From assembly GCA_016618085.1 (NCBI GenBank), contig JABLTG010000002.1, forward strand, positions 62,001 to 126,000: a stretch of DNA of 64,000 nt, in the 5' to 3' direction. Both the position numbers and the translations under genes were made by a program. Source of the stretch: Neovahlkampfia damariscottae. Its lineage: Eukaryota. Positions 1-12,359 of this stretch are shown piece after piece (the stretch's first letter is position 1; each line of letters opens with the position of its first letter). The notes under the pieces were generated by a model, which was not told the origin of the DNA, did no database searches, and worked only from the letters and a program-made list of their open reading frames with translations.

Positions 1-1104
1 TTAGAAAAATCAAATGAATCAAGAGAAAAATTTATTAGATTATTAAGTCATGAAATTAGAACACCATTGACATCAATCATTTCAACTTGTGAATTAATGA
101 GGGAAAATGAAAAAAATGATGAAAATTTGAATAATATTCATACTTCAAGTTCAACATTACTTAGATTATTGAATAATATTTTGAATTTTTCAAAAGGATA
201 TTCGGATAAAATTAATTTTGAGTTTCATATTCACAATGTAAAAGATGCTTTAAAGAATGTATTTGAAATGACAAAACCGATTGCAGTTAAAAAAAACTTA
301 AAATTGAATTTAAAAATTGATGAAGAAATTTCATCTTTGTTGTCCATTGATTTATCAAAGTTGGAACAAGTATTTTTGAATTTAATTGGAAATGCATTGA
401 AATTTACAACAGAAGGATCAATTGATATTGAATTAAAGTCATTAAAGAAGAACAAAGAAAATGAAGAAATTTTATTTTCTGTTAAAGATACTGGTGTGGG
501 AATTGAAAAAGAGAAAATTTCAACTATATTCGAACCATTTACACAATTTGATTCATCTACTTCAAGAAAACATGGTGGAATTGGATTGGGGTTACATATT
601 TCTAAACAGATTATTGATGGATTGAATGGAGAATTGAATGTTGAAAGTCAACCAAATTTTGGAACTAAATTTAGTGTAATTTTAAAATTGAAACTTGAAA
701 AGCGATTAAACATTGAAAATGAAAACTCTTTAGATATTCAAAAACACAATTTTGAAAAAGAGAAAATATTATTATGTGAAGATAATTCTGTGAATAGATT
801 AGCAATTAAAAAAGTTTTATCAAATGTTGGATTTAATGTTGATATTTGTAAAGATGGAAATGAATTAATTCAATTGTACAAAAAGAATAAATACAAATTG
901 ATTATTACTGATTATCATATGCCAGGTATGGATGGAATTGAAGCTTCAAAAGAAATCAAAAAAATTGACGAAAATGTATACATTATTCTGTTGACTGCTG
1001 ATTTAATGGTAACAACAGAATCTTATGAATGTATAAATGAGATTATAACAAAACCTGTAATTGGAAAAAATTTGATCAACAGATTGAGTCAAATAATGTC
1101 ATAG
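1..1104 (+). CDS. Hybrid sensor histidine kinase / response regulator (5' end outside window)
   Basis: Frame open from base 1: H-box SHEIRTPL, N-box NLIGNALKFT, G-boxes DTGVGI and GGIGLGL, receiver LIITDYHMPGMDG and KP. Confidence 0.93.
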   Translation, partial: LEKSNESREKFIRLLSHEIRTPLTSIISTCELMRENEKNDENLNNIHTSSSTLLRLLNNILNFSKGYSDKINFEFHIHNVKDALKNVFEMTKPIAVKKNLKLNLKIDEEISSLLSIDLSKLEQVFLNLIGNALKFTTEGSIDIELKSLKKNKENEEILFSVKDTGVGIEKEKISTIFEPFTQFDSSTSRKHGGIGLGLHISKQIIDGLNGELNVESQPNFGTKFSVILKLKLEKRLNIENENSLDIQKHNFEKEKILLCEDNSVNRLAIKKVLSNVGFNVDICKDGNELIQLYKKNKYKLIITDYHMPGMDGIEASKEIKKIDENVYIILLTADLMVTTESYECINEIITKPVIGKNLINRLSQIMS

Positions 1105-1213
1105 TTCAATAAAACCCAAAAATAAGTAAATGATATTTTTGGTTTGTTCTTTTTTTTCATGTCGACTTCAAAATTTTAATTTGATTGGTCAATTCCAAAG
1201 CCACTAGAATACA

Positions 1214-2522
1214 ATGTTCAAGTCAGGTGAAGGACACGATGAAGTTGAAGATGAAGTTGAAGAAACTATGAGCCCAGTTAACAAAGAACTAAATAAAAAG
1301 GAGAAAAGAAAAAGTGGAAAATTTAAAATTTTTGGCGACAAAGAAAAAGTTTTAAAAGACGCTTTAAAAAACAGTGAAGAAGTAAATTCTAGGGTTTATA
1401 CTATGGTTAAACAATCTATTTTGATTTCCAAACATTCCAGAGAACTTTTTGACGAATATGACAATTTCAAAATTTTATTCAGAACAACAAAGAAAAAAAA
1501 AGGAAAAAAAGATGAAGATAAAAATAAAGAAGAATCAAAAGAAGAATCAAAAGAATTAGAAATGAGAGATTTTAATGGTCATATATTTACAGATATTAGA
1601 AAAATATGTTTCATTTCTGATGAAGATTACTTAAAATCAATGGGAGGTGAATTTCAGTTAGCTATGGGTGCTGGAAAAGGTTCTAATTTTATAATGAAAA
1701 CAAATGATAATAAATATATTTTAAAATCAATAACAAAAGAAGAATCTGATGAATGTAGATTGTTTATGAAAGAATTTGCAAATTATTTTCAATCAAACTT
1801 GAATACTTTAATATTACCAATATTAGGACATCATAAAATTAATTTTACTTTCAAAGAAATTAATTTTATTGTTATGGAAAATTTATTTGTAACAAAACCA
1901 GATGAAAGTTATGATTTAAAAGGATCAAGTGGTAAGATGATATATATCATATTTATATTTTCCAACAAGTTGGTAGAAATGCAAATGAAAAAGAAAAAGA
2001 AAAAAAACAATTTAAAGATATTGATTTATTTGATAATGGTAAAATATTTCAAATTGGAAAATCAAATTCAATTGAAATTATTGAACAAATTAGAAAAGAT
2101 GTTGAATTTTTATCTTCATTTTCAATTATGGATTATAGTCTCTTAATTGGAATTACAAAAGTAAATAAACAAGAAGAAGAAATTAAAAATGAAGATGAAT
2201 TTAATGAAAAAGAGTATGCATCTCATTATACTTTTTAATCTTTTTTTTGAAAGAGTTTTACAAAAATTAGAAAATTCAAGAAAATTTATTAAAATTTATA
2301 ACGAAGATGGAACTGAATTATATCATATTGCAATTATTGATTATTTTACAAAATGGGGTTTAAAAAAGATTGCTGCACAAAATTTAAAGGGTATTTCAAA
2401 TGATAAATCAGGTCTATCTACTGTTGATCCAAAGGCTTATGCAAAAAGGTAAATTTAACACAAAAAATTTTTGATTTTTTTTTAATAGATTTATGGCATT
2501 CATTCCAAGTATTTTTCAATAA
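1214..2522 (+). CDS. Phosphatidylinositol-phosphate kinase (PIP5K family), spliced
   Basis: YILKSI, IVMENLF, YDLKGSS|VGR (intron 1932-1969), IMDYSLLIGI, IAIIDYF, STVDPKAYAKRF; about 3 short introns. Confidence 0.88.
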
Positions 2523-2610
2523 AAAAGAAATTTTATTGAAAAATTATTATAAAATCATTTTTATTTTTTTAAATCCAATTTCATTGGATAATTATTTTGT
2601 TTCAACAGTA

Positions 2611-4534
2611 ATGTCAAGGAGTTCAAGATTTAGTCTTTTTGAACGTAAAAAACCTAATGAAACAAGTAATAGAAACTCATTTGATGAAAGATCTTTACAA
2701 CCTCAAGCTTCTTCTTTTTCCATGAAAGATCTTGATAAAAAAGATAAACCTATAAAGTTTGGTGTATTGCTGAAAGATGGAGGATTCCAAAAGAAAAGTT
2801 GGGATAAAAGATATTTCGTTTTATATTCAGATGGAGTTCTAGAATATTATAAAAATGTACCATTACCAAAAGATCCAACACAATTAGCGGATATCAAACA
2901 AGGAGAATTTAAAGGAAGTTTAAATGTAACTGAATGCACAATACGTTCTGGAAAAGTAAAAAAAAAAAAAAAAAAAAAATAATTAAAAAAAAAAAAAAAA
3001 AGGCAAGAGCAAAAAAAGACAGTGTTTTAGAACTTGATACTTTAGAAAGAATATTTTATTTAGGATTTGATACAACTATTGAAATGATATCATGGGAAAG
3101 TGCAATGAGACAAATTGGATGTAAGAAAATATTAATATTATTAAAAATAAACTAAGTTAAAATGGATTCAAAAAAAAAACCAGGTGAAAAAAAGAAAAGA
3201 CCAACACGTTCTGCGACTAAAATTATAAGAGAAAAGAAAGAAAGAATATTATTTAAAGAAGAAGATCCTGAATTAATTGAAATGAGAGAAGAAAATTCAA
3301 ATCTAAAAATTGAATTAAAAAAATTGAAAAATGAAATGGAAGGATTTCAAGAAGAATTAAAAATATTACAAGAAAAATTAAAAATAAATGAAGAAGAAAA
3401 TGAATTAAAATCAAATGAAAATACGAATTTAATAAAAAAAATAAACGAAAAAGAAGAAGAAATGAAAGAAAAAAAAAATGAAATTTTAAATTTTGAAAAT
3501 GAAATTAAAAATAATGAGGAAGAATTAAAAGATTTAAAAGAAAAAAAAGAAAAAAAGATTAAAGAATTAAAAGAAAAAGTGAATCAAGTAAACTCAGATA
3601 AAACTTATAATATTTTTTTTGACAGTTACAAAATCAATTAATGGAAGCATCAACCAATCAAGATTCAAAAGAAGAAACATTAAAACAATTTGAAGAATAT
3701 CAAAAAAGAGAAATTGAATTTGAAGAAAAATTAACAAAAGAAAAAGAAAATAATGATATTTTAGAAAAAGATTTAAATGGAACAAAAAAAGAAATTTTAA
3801 AATTACAAGAAGATTATCAAAAATTATTACAAGAAAAAAAAATATTACAAGAAGAAAATGAACAATATTCAATATTAAAAGCATTTTATGAAAAAACAAA
3901 AAAAGAATTAGATGAAAATAAAGATAAAAATGTAACATTAAAAAGAAAAGTTACATCATTGGAAGATGAAAATGCTGAATTAGAACAAAAAAATGAAAAT
4001 TTACAAAATCAAATTAATCGTTTAACTGGAAAAGTAAATATTACTCCAAAAAAAGAATTGATAACATCACCAAATTCAAATCCAATTCAAAAACAAAGTT
4101 CAACATCTTCAATTGAATCAACATCAATTATTGGTGGAAATAATATCTTTAAATTAATTGATCAAATTAAAAATAATGATAAAAAATTAAAAGAAATTGA
4201 TTTAAATAATAAATCAGTTTCAGATGATGATCTTGAAAGAATATCAAAAGCAATGAAAAATAATACAATTGTTAAGAAATTAGATTTTTCAAATAACTTT
4301 AATCTAACTGGTTTAACTATTGAACATGTTTGTGAAATGATGTTGGAAAATAAAACATTAGAAGAATTAATATTTGATAATTGTCCATTAAAATTAACTG
4401 CAGTAGAAAAATTAATTTCAACTTTAGAAAAGAATCATACACTAATTCAAATGAGTTGTGGTTCAAATGAAACTAATGAACATATTGATCAAGTTGAAGA
4501 TATTCTTGATAGGAATTATGATGAATTAAACTAA
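2611..4534 (+). CDS. PH domain + long coiled coil + C-terminal tropomodulin-like LRR protein, spliced
   Basis: PH: LLKDGGFQKKSWDKRYFVL...ISWESAM; LRR: IKNNDKKLKEIDLNN, AMKNNTIVKKL, MLENKTLEEL; introns at 2956-3002, about 3121-3156 and 3588-3625. Confidence 0.8.
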
Positions 4535-4544
4535 AATATATATA

Positions 4545-5463
4545 TTACTTTTTATTAAATTCAATTGCTTTTGTTATAACATTCTCAATATCAACTTCTT
4601 TTAAACATGTAATTAATATTTTTTTTGCTTCATTTGGATTGGATAATATTTTTGGTCTTAAAAAATAAATGAATGATTTGGCAATTGAAACTATAAAATT
4701 ATCATCTGAAATGAATATTATTCCCCATAATCGTTTAACTATAAATAGATTTGTATGTCTGACAAATAGACTTGCAAACCAACTCTCAAATATTTCATCT
4801 AATGTTTCTTCATCTAATTTAATATCTTTTGTATATTCTTTTAATTTTATTTTCCATTCTTCAATTTTAATTTTCCAATTTTCTTGATCAAATTTATATT
4901 TTTCTAACATTGCATTATAACACCAATATACTTCATAATTCTTTTCAAAAACAGAACATAATGATTTAATTAATACATTTTTATAAAAATCTGGATATGT
5001 ACATTTCTTTTTTGAATCTTTCCAACATTTTAATCTTTCACAAAACTTTAAAAAAAGTTCATTTTGTTTTTTTTTTTTTACTGAAACAACTTCAATTATT
5101 TCTTGTGATCTTTTAGTTTCCTTTGAACAAAAACATGCATTCAATAAATCTTCATATTCTTCTTCTGCTTGTTTTTCAATAAAACTCCAACTTTCTCGAT
5201 GTTTTGGTAACACTCCTAAAAATATTTTCCATATAACATGAATGTGTTCACCTGGTATTGCTTGATTTTCCAGAAAGCTTACAATCGTTGTTTTTTCTAT
5301 TTTTAAATTTAAAACATTTTTTTTTCCAAATTCAAACCAACATGATTTTCATGAAGTATTGTGTCCAATTTTTTTGAACTGATCCCTTTATTTACACCTT
5401 CGAAAAATTAATAATTTGAAGTAAACCTATGGCGGAATAAAATCGTCCTCTGTATTTATCCAT
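4545..5463 (-). CDS. TBC1D7: TBC1D7-like TBC-domain protein, 2 introns near the 5' end
   Basis: Spliced N-terminus MDKYRGRFYSAIG, then WKIFLGVLPKHRESW, VYWC, SWFASLF, RLWGIIF, collinear with TBC1D7 motifs. Confidence 0.65.
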
Positions 5464-5728
5464 CGTCAAATCTGTTTAATTTTGTGAGACCTAAAATGAT
5501 TGGTGGGTAATTAAATATCATCACTATATCTCTTTCTTTGAAATAACTAAGTTTTTAATTGAAAAGTGTATCTGGTCAAACGAAGGTTTCATTGGACAAC
5601 GTCAAAAAAAACAACGAATCACAAAGCTTTTCACCTGCACACATCCGACAACTCAAAAATAACCTTTTCATCAAAATAAAATTTATTTTAGTAAATTCCT
5701 ATTTAAATTATGTTTGGAGCAAAATCTT

Positions 5729-6606
5729 CTAATTTCCATTCAACAATTTAATTACAAATTCATAACCTAGAAATGTCGCGGCATTTACAGGAAATGCTCT
5801 TATAACAGATGGTGCATACCCAACAAATAAACCTCTCCAACCTTCTGTTTTCAAAATATGTGCAAAAGCATCTTTAATTTTCAGTTTTCCATGATTTGCT
5901 TGGATGTTTGATTTAACAATATCAAATGGATAACTAACTGCCCATGCCATGGTTCCTGCCAAACCTCCACTTAACATATAATCAACAGGTCCAAGTTCTC
6001 CTCTTCTTTTTGACAAAAATTCCTTTGTTTTTTCATAGCTCATGAAGTAAATAAAATTGAAAGGCACTTCACGTGCAAGTGTTGAACAAAACCCATGATA
6101 CAAATTTCTTACACCACCTGGTTGGTTTACAGTTTCTTTTAAACAACTTGTAAAACCTTGAAATTGTTTGGTGTTAATTTGTAATCTGATTTTAATCAAT
6201 TCAACAGGAGAAACCAACAAAGAATTTGCTAAAACATTTAGAACAATATTAAAGTACCAAATCCTGCAACTGATCCTGAAACAGCGACACCTGTTATACC
6301 TTCTTGTGGTAAATGTGGCTTGATGTTTCCATAAACTCCGAATAAAATTGCCAAATTACCCATTTCTCCGATTAAAGGTGAAAACATACCTTTATATAAT
6401 CCTTTTATACCTCTTTCTTTTGCAATAGTTTGCTTTAAACAATCAAAAAAAGATGAAAATTGAGGATTTGTTCTAGATTGAGTTTGTAAACGAACTCTGA
6501 TGGTATCCATTGGATGTCCTGTTGCTACACCACACATACCTCCGATTGAACCAGCAACAAATTCATTAATAACTTGAACAACTTTGCTTTGTTTTTTTTC
6601 TGTCAT
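5729..6606 (-). CDS. Mitochondrial carrier (SLC25; carnitine/basic amino acid-like), 1 intron
   Basis: Three Px[DE]xx[RK] signatures: GHPMDTIRVRLQ, SPVELIKIRLQ, YPFDIVKSNIQ; also RAFPVNAATF. Confidence 0.93.
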
Positions 6607-6731
6607 CAGTTGATTGGTTGACAATTTCAGTTTGGAAGGTTGGGTATGGAAAATAAATTTTTTTGTTTATTTCAAAAATAACATAAATCAAAATAAATGA
6701 GAGAGAATCTCATTGGATCAACAAATCATTC

Positions 6732-8507
6732 ATGCTTTTTGGCGAACCAACAACACCTCTGTCTCAGTCAAGTAATTCCTCACAAGAACTTCTGACTCAA
6801 CCAAAAATTCCACAAGAAGATGAATCATCGTATAAATCACCAATTTTAAGTCAAAACTCAACAAAAAGCGAAACTCCAAACGTTTTTTCATTCACTTCTG
6901 AAGAAACTTTATCCAGAAACAATCAAGACTATGAATTAAAATCAAGTCAAGATTCAAATACATCATCAAGTCAAAAATCAAAATTAAAAATATTTTCTCA
7001 AAAAAGTACGAAATCAGAAACAATTACCATCGGATCAGATGATGAAGATGATATAAGAATAACAAACAAAAGATCAACTATTCAAAAAATAGAACAAATA
7101 CCCAAAAAAATGAAATACGAAAATTTAGAAAAAAGTAACACTTGTTCAATATGTTTAGAACCATGGAATTGCAGTGGAATTCATCAAATTTGGTATAAAA
7201 AATCATATTAAATCTAATATCTCAGTTGTCTAGAATGTGGTCATTTATTTGGAAAGAATTGTATAGAAAAATGGTTGAATCAAAAAAAGAATTGTCCAAA
7301 ATGTCTTCAAAAAGCATTCAAAAATCAAATTAGATTATTATATCATGAAAATATTTCTACAATAAATGATGAAAAAGTATTAGAAACAAAGAGATTATTA
7401 CAAGTTGAAAGAGAATTAAGAAAAGAATCAGAGAAGAATTATTCAAAATTGAAAAAAGAATTTACATCAATAAAGGAAGAATTATTAGAAATGAAATCAA
7501 AAATTGAATTAAAAGTAAAAAAAAAAAATGAATTTTTAATATTTGAAGTCGATTAAAAATGAATTGAAAAATGAGAAATTCATTTTTAAAACAAATATTG
7601 AGATTTCAGTAAGATTCAATAATAAAATTTATTCAATTAGAATGGAAGAGTTATGGATTTTTGTGATGATAAATTATTTATTGGATGCAATGTTGGTGAT
7701 ATTTTGATTGAACATTTAGAAATTAAAAAGAAAGAAACATGTTTGAGAGTACATTCAAAATCAATTAGAGATTTAAAAGTAAAGAATAATTTAATTTTAT
7801 CATCATCTTATGAATCTTTAAAAATATCAAATAATAAAAAAATGAATATATCCATTGATATTCCAAATGAAGATATTTGGTCATGTTGTTGGAATGAAAA
7901 TGATGAAAATTTGATTTCTTGTGGAACACATTCAGGAAAATTATTAATTTTTGATATTAGAAATACAAAAGATAAATTGAAACAATATCTTTCACCACAT
8001 ATTGTTCCATTACATTCACTCCAACATGTCAAAGAATATAATGGATATTTGTCTAGTAGTATAAATGGTATTTATTTTTTTGAAGAATTGAAATCACCAA
8101 CAATAATATCAACTGGAAATTGTTCATTTACAACTTTTAATGAAGGTTTAATTCTTTCAACATTTCGTGAAACTTCAAATACAAAATCATCACATAAAAT
8201 ATTTACATTGAATAGAAATTTTGAATGTCAAAATTTAAAAATAATTGAAGGATTTAAATTGAAATCAACATTATCAAAATCATGTTTGTTCAAATTACCT
8301 ACTGAATCTTTAATTGTTGCATCAAATTCTGAAGATTCAAAACAAGTTATTCTTTGGAATTATTCACAAAGTCATTCATCAATTTTTCAATCAATCAATT
8401 GTTCAAATATTGGTCAAATACTTCAAGTAAAAAGTTTTAATAATGGTAATTGTTTTTCAATTCTCGGAAAAGATAAAGTGTTGATATATAAATTGTTAAA
8501 ATATTAG
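6732..8507 (+). CDS. RFWD3: RING finger and WD40 E3 ligase, RFWD3-like, spliced
   Basis: SQ-rich N-terminus, CSICLEPW...HQI|CLECGHLFGKNCIEKWL...CPKC, coiled coil, WD40 (HSKSIRDL, IWSCCW, LIFDIR). Confidence 0.85.
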
Positions 8508-8513
8508 AATCAT

Positions 8514-9247
8514 TTATTTTTCATTTTTTGATTTCATCAAATATGATAAAGTATCTTTTTTCTCCCAATGAGAAAGAGAATCAATCAACCATTTCTTTGA
8601 TACTATTGGAATATTTTTCTTAACTGCGAATTCATATTTATTTCCTTCAGGACTAAAAGATTAGAGAATAAGAAAACTAACGATAAAGAAATTAAGATAT
8701 TAATATTCTCTTTTAAATCAGGTGAATAAAAAGCACCTGTTCTTCTTATTAAATATATCATATCATCTCTTTCAGATTCTTTAAATCCTGTAATACATAT
8801 TTTTAAATTCTTAAATGTTTCAATTCCTTCAACTGATTTAAATGGTTTGAAGATGATATTTGAATTTATATCAAGTATTTCTTTTTCAGTAATACAAGAA
8901 TCAATGTATTGAATTGTACAAAATATGAATTCTGTTGATGTGTATTTAAATTCATCTCCATTGATATCATGTAAAAATGGAGTAACAAAGAAAGTACAAC
9001 CATCTATTTGATCTACAATTGTACCATTAAAATATTCTATATTTTCTGTAATCATTGATGTCAATTTTTTTGCATATCCTTCAATATAAAAATAATGATT
9101 TACCAACAAAAGATTATTTTCTATTTTTGTTTTTTCATTTTTTTTTATTTTTTCTGTTGCTGGTGAATAATAATCTACTTGTGGATTATTTTCTTTATTC
9201 ATTGTTTTTAATCTTGATAAAGTTGGTGTCTTCATTGTTGCTTTCAT
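8514..9247 (-). CDS. Tandem BRCT-domain protein, 1 intron
   Basis: ICITGFKESERDDMIYLIRRTGAFYS...GNKYEFAVKKNIPIVSKKWLIDS; has its own CCAAT element at 9265. Confidence 0.8.
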
Positions 9248-9292
9248 CTCAAAAACAGAATTAGTTGACCAATCATTATTAAATCATTTTAT

Positions 9293-9866
9293 TTATGAAT
9301 TTTTTTTTTTCAAAAGTTCATTTTCTCTTTGTTTCAAAGCAGATTCACAAAGTTGTTTCCTTGAAATTTCTTCATCCGACAATTGACGATATAAATTATT
9401 TAATCTAATAATTTCCCCTCTAATTGTAATCATTTCCGCATTTAATTGATCAATTGTCTTTTCAGAGATATCTTCATTTGACTTTAAATTAACGGTTGCT
9501 CCATTTGGATTTTTAATTTTATTTGATAATTTTGATTCTCCACTTTGATCATCTTTTTTCCAGTTTGGAATTACAAATGTTCCTAATTTTTCTAAATTTA
9601 AACGTTTTTCAAAATCTTGATAACTTTGACATTGAGCTACAGATAATTGACTTTCTAAAGATTCTAATTCACTTATTAAATTCTTTTTTTTTTTTTTAAT
9701 TATTTATTTTTTTACTGTCAAAGTCGTTTTTTTTTCTTCGTCATCAGCTGAAGAATTTGAAATAGTTAATATTTTCTTTTGATTCTTTTCAATATTGTTG
9801 TATATTTCTTTAACTCTTTGAACACTTGATGCATAATCAACACTTGTTTCAGTCAATGAAGTCATT
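9293..9866 (-). CDS. Hypothetical coiled-coil protein, 1 A-rich intron
   Basis: ATG at 9866, intron at about 9684-9716, frame open to TAA at 9293-9295; no family recognised. Confidence 0.6.
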
Positions 9867-9967
9867 TGTGAATTGGTTTTGACCAATAAAATTGAATTAA
9901 ATTTTATTTTATTTTGAGCTGCAAATGCTGTAAAGGTTCATCCATACAGATTAAATGACAAAATAAT

Positions 9968-10119
9968 TGTTTGGAATAAGAGGTTTGCTTAAGTTAAAAG
10001 TAAGTTTGAGAGATAAAGTTAGTCCTGGTATGTTGTACCTGAACTGTTTATTTAGACAAAAACCGTTACAAAATAACGGGCATTTGTAGTAATGGTATGA
10101 ATACAAGTTATTCAATACA
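9968..10119 (-). mobile_element. Solo LTR (family A), 152 nt
   Basis: Starts TGTTTGGAATAA and ends TTATTCAATACA (10/12 inverted match); flanked by ATAAT duplication (9963-9967, 10120-10124); first about 42 nt recur at 60243-60284 next to a gag-like ORF. Confidence 0.85.
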
Positions 10120-10203
10120 ATAATTGGAAACAGATTTAATCTTCGAGATGATTTTTCAATACGCTAGAATAAGAAATTTGGATGATTATTTTCGGAAAAA
10201 CAT

Positions 10204-10644
10204 TTAGAAATCATTTATTAATGGACATCTATATCCATCATAATCAATAACATCGGTTGCAATCGCTATAATATCCAGTATCCACCAAATAACACCTTTT
10301 TTTTAATAATGAATTATTTTCGTTTAGAATACCTCCAAATCCGCAAGTAAATATTGTAACTACTATTTTAAATATTCCTAAACCCCAGTATGATAAATAG
10401 AAACGATCAACTCCGACAAGTCCTCTTTAAAATTTAATTATTAATTTTCTAACGTAAAAGGAATTATGGCCAAAATGAAAGCAGTTTTTTTGCTTTTTCC
10501 ACCATGAATTGTACAATTAAAAGAAGAAGTACAATTTTTAAATATTTGTTCAATTGAATATTCTTGTATTTTTGTATCAATAGATTTTGATTCTACGACA
10601 GTAAATGATAAAATTATTAACAACAAGAAGATAAAATATTTCAT
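10204..10644 (-). CDS. TM2-domain membrane protein with signal peptide, 2 introns
   Basis: KSKKTAFILAI...GLVGVDRFYLSYWGLGIFKI...WWILDIIAI. Confidence 0.85.
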
Positions 10645-10749
10645 TATGAAACCAATTTATGAACAACTAATCCTTCAAATTTATGAAGAGGAAAAAAATT
10701 ACTTTTCTGATTAGAAACCAAAATGATTGGATAAAAAAAAGAGCATATT

Positions 10750-12246
10750 TTATTCATCAAATTTTTCCAAAATCAATAATTTTTGTTCAAATTCTTCTTT
10801 TGACAATTCTTGTGAATCAAATAAATATTCCAAAGAATCTACAGCTAATTTTAAATTTTCTGAATCTTTTGATAATTTGTCAGATGAAATAGAAATTGGA
10901 AATTCCAATACTTTTGGAATTGAAATATTGTTTGTTTCATTATTTTGTTTTGATGTAATATTATTTTGTGCATTAAATAAACTTAATAAATCATCATCAT
11001 CTAAATCTTCAATTGGTGTAATTATTCTTGGATTGATTTTATCAATAGAAAAATAATAATCTTGTAATTTCAAAAATTTAAAAGATTGAAAAGATTGTAA
11101 AAATATAATTTGATCATTTGTAACTTTAATTTGAATATTAAATCCAAATTTTGATAAATTGAATTGTACTTCTTCATAAAATTCATTTTTTAAATCTGAT
11201 ACTTCAACATATAATAGAATATCACCATCTTTATATAAAAATTGAATTAAAATTTGTTTTACCTTGATATTGTTGAAATGAATATTGAAACCCAAATAAT
11301 TGTATTGATTCAAATGTTTCAAAGAATAAATTCCTTTGTGTTGATATTTGAAATGGTAATTCTTTTGTTGATGAAATATTATGTAATGTAAAATTAACTT
11401 TACATAAATCAAATACTCTCCTAATTAATAATAGATTTTTAGTTTATATTTGTAATGTTACTCAAAATCATCATCTTCTTGTTGATGAAATGATAATTTC
11501 TTTTTTGAGAATATAATTCCAATATAATAACCTTTTTCTAATTTAAATTCCATTTCTTCTATTTCTTTTTCATTAAAAGTACATTTAATTTTAATAACTT
11601 GTTCATTTTGTTTTAATGGAAAGTTCAAAGTCATAGGTTCACGTAAAATATCTTCATGTTGATAAATTAAATTTTCATCAAAATAAATTTTAAATGGATA
11701 TTCCTTTGAAGAAGGTATATTTTGTAAATTTAAAAATATTAATTTTTCGTTTTTTTTTGATTCTTTTGTTTCATCATCAAACTCTTCATGTGACTGATTT
11801 ATTGAAATGGAACCTTTAATTTCATCCAGACCAACTTTAATATGATGACCATGTTTGGATATATTTAAAGTTTGAATAACGTTCGCAAGTTTAATTGGCA
11901 TTTTAACTCTTAAATTAACTTTTAGTATTAATTCATCCCCATTATCTTCATCTGGTATAGGTGCTTCTACAGATGACTGTAATACAATCAAATCTGTTTC
12001 TTCAATTCTATCAATACATTTATATATTTTTTCGTTTTCTAAATAAAGTTCAAAAGGTTGTTTTTCTGATGCGTAAACATTTGAAATATAAATATAAAGT
12101 GGAATTTTCTCTGATTCTGTACTTTTTTTATTCTTCATTTCTTGTTGTATTTTTAGAAAGTCATCTGCGCAAAAAGTCAAAAAGATATTTATCAGTTTAC
12201 CCATAGATGTATCATATCCATACCCTGCTCCAGATAACTCATTCAT
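10750..12246 (-). CDS. Hypothetical protein with three internal beta-rich repeats and a SHOCT-like tail, spliced
   Basis: Repeated PF[EK][LI]Y..EN.IY and [FL].[LI][SE]K.G..I.[VI] motifs; tail YLFDSQELSKEEFEQK. Confidence 0.55.
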
Positions 12247-12359
12247 CAGATAAACTTCTTATACCTGTTGACTATTCCGTTGGACAACGAAAAAAAAGTC
12301 TCCAATGAACCAATCAAATTTGAATAGTAATGTAACCGTTGAAAAATATTATAATTTTT

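Noticed and set aside
1..1104. Histidine kinase as bacterial contamination or a prokaryotic origin for the window
   Set aside because: Contiguous with intron-containing eukaryotic genes and of the same composition; hybrid kinases are common in free-living protists
5560..5680. Slightly GC-richer intergenic stretch with TGATGA on the minus strand (possible C/D snoRNA)
   Set aside because: No matching CTGA box D or terminal stem found; cannot be supported without an Infernal search
8514..9866. One long coiled-coil-BRCT gene
   Set aside because: Stop at 9293-9295 and a separate CCAAT plus ATG at 9265/9247 indicate two genes
9915..9950. Short CTGTA...TACAG hairpin beside the solo LTR
   Set aside because: A 5-bp stem is expected by chance and lies outside the target-site duplication
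9968..10132. Alternative LTR right end at GGAAACA (10132)
   Set aside because: No target-site duplication; the 10119 end gives a perfect ATAAT duplication and a better inverted repeat
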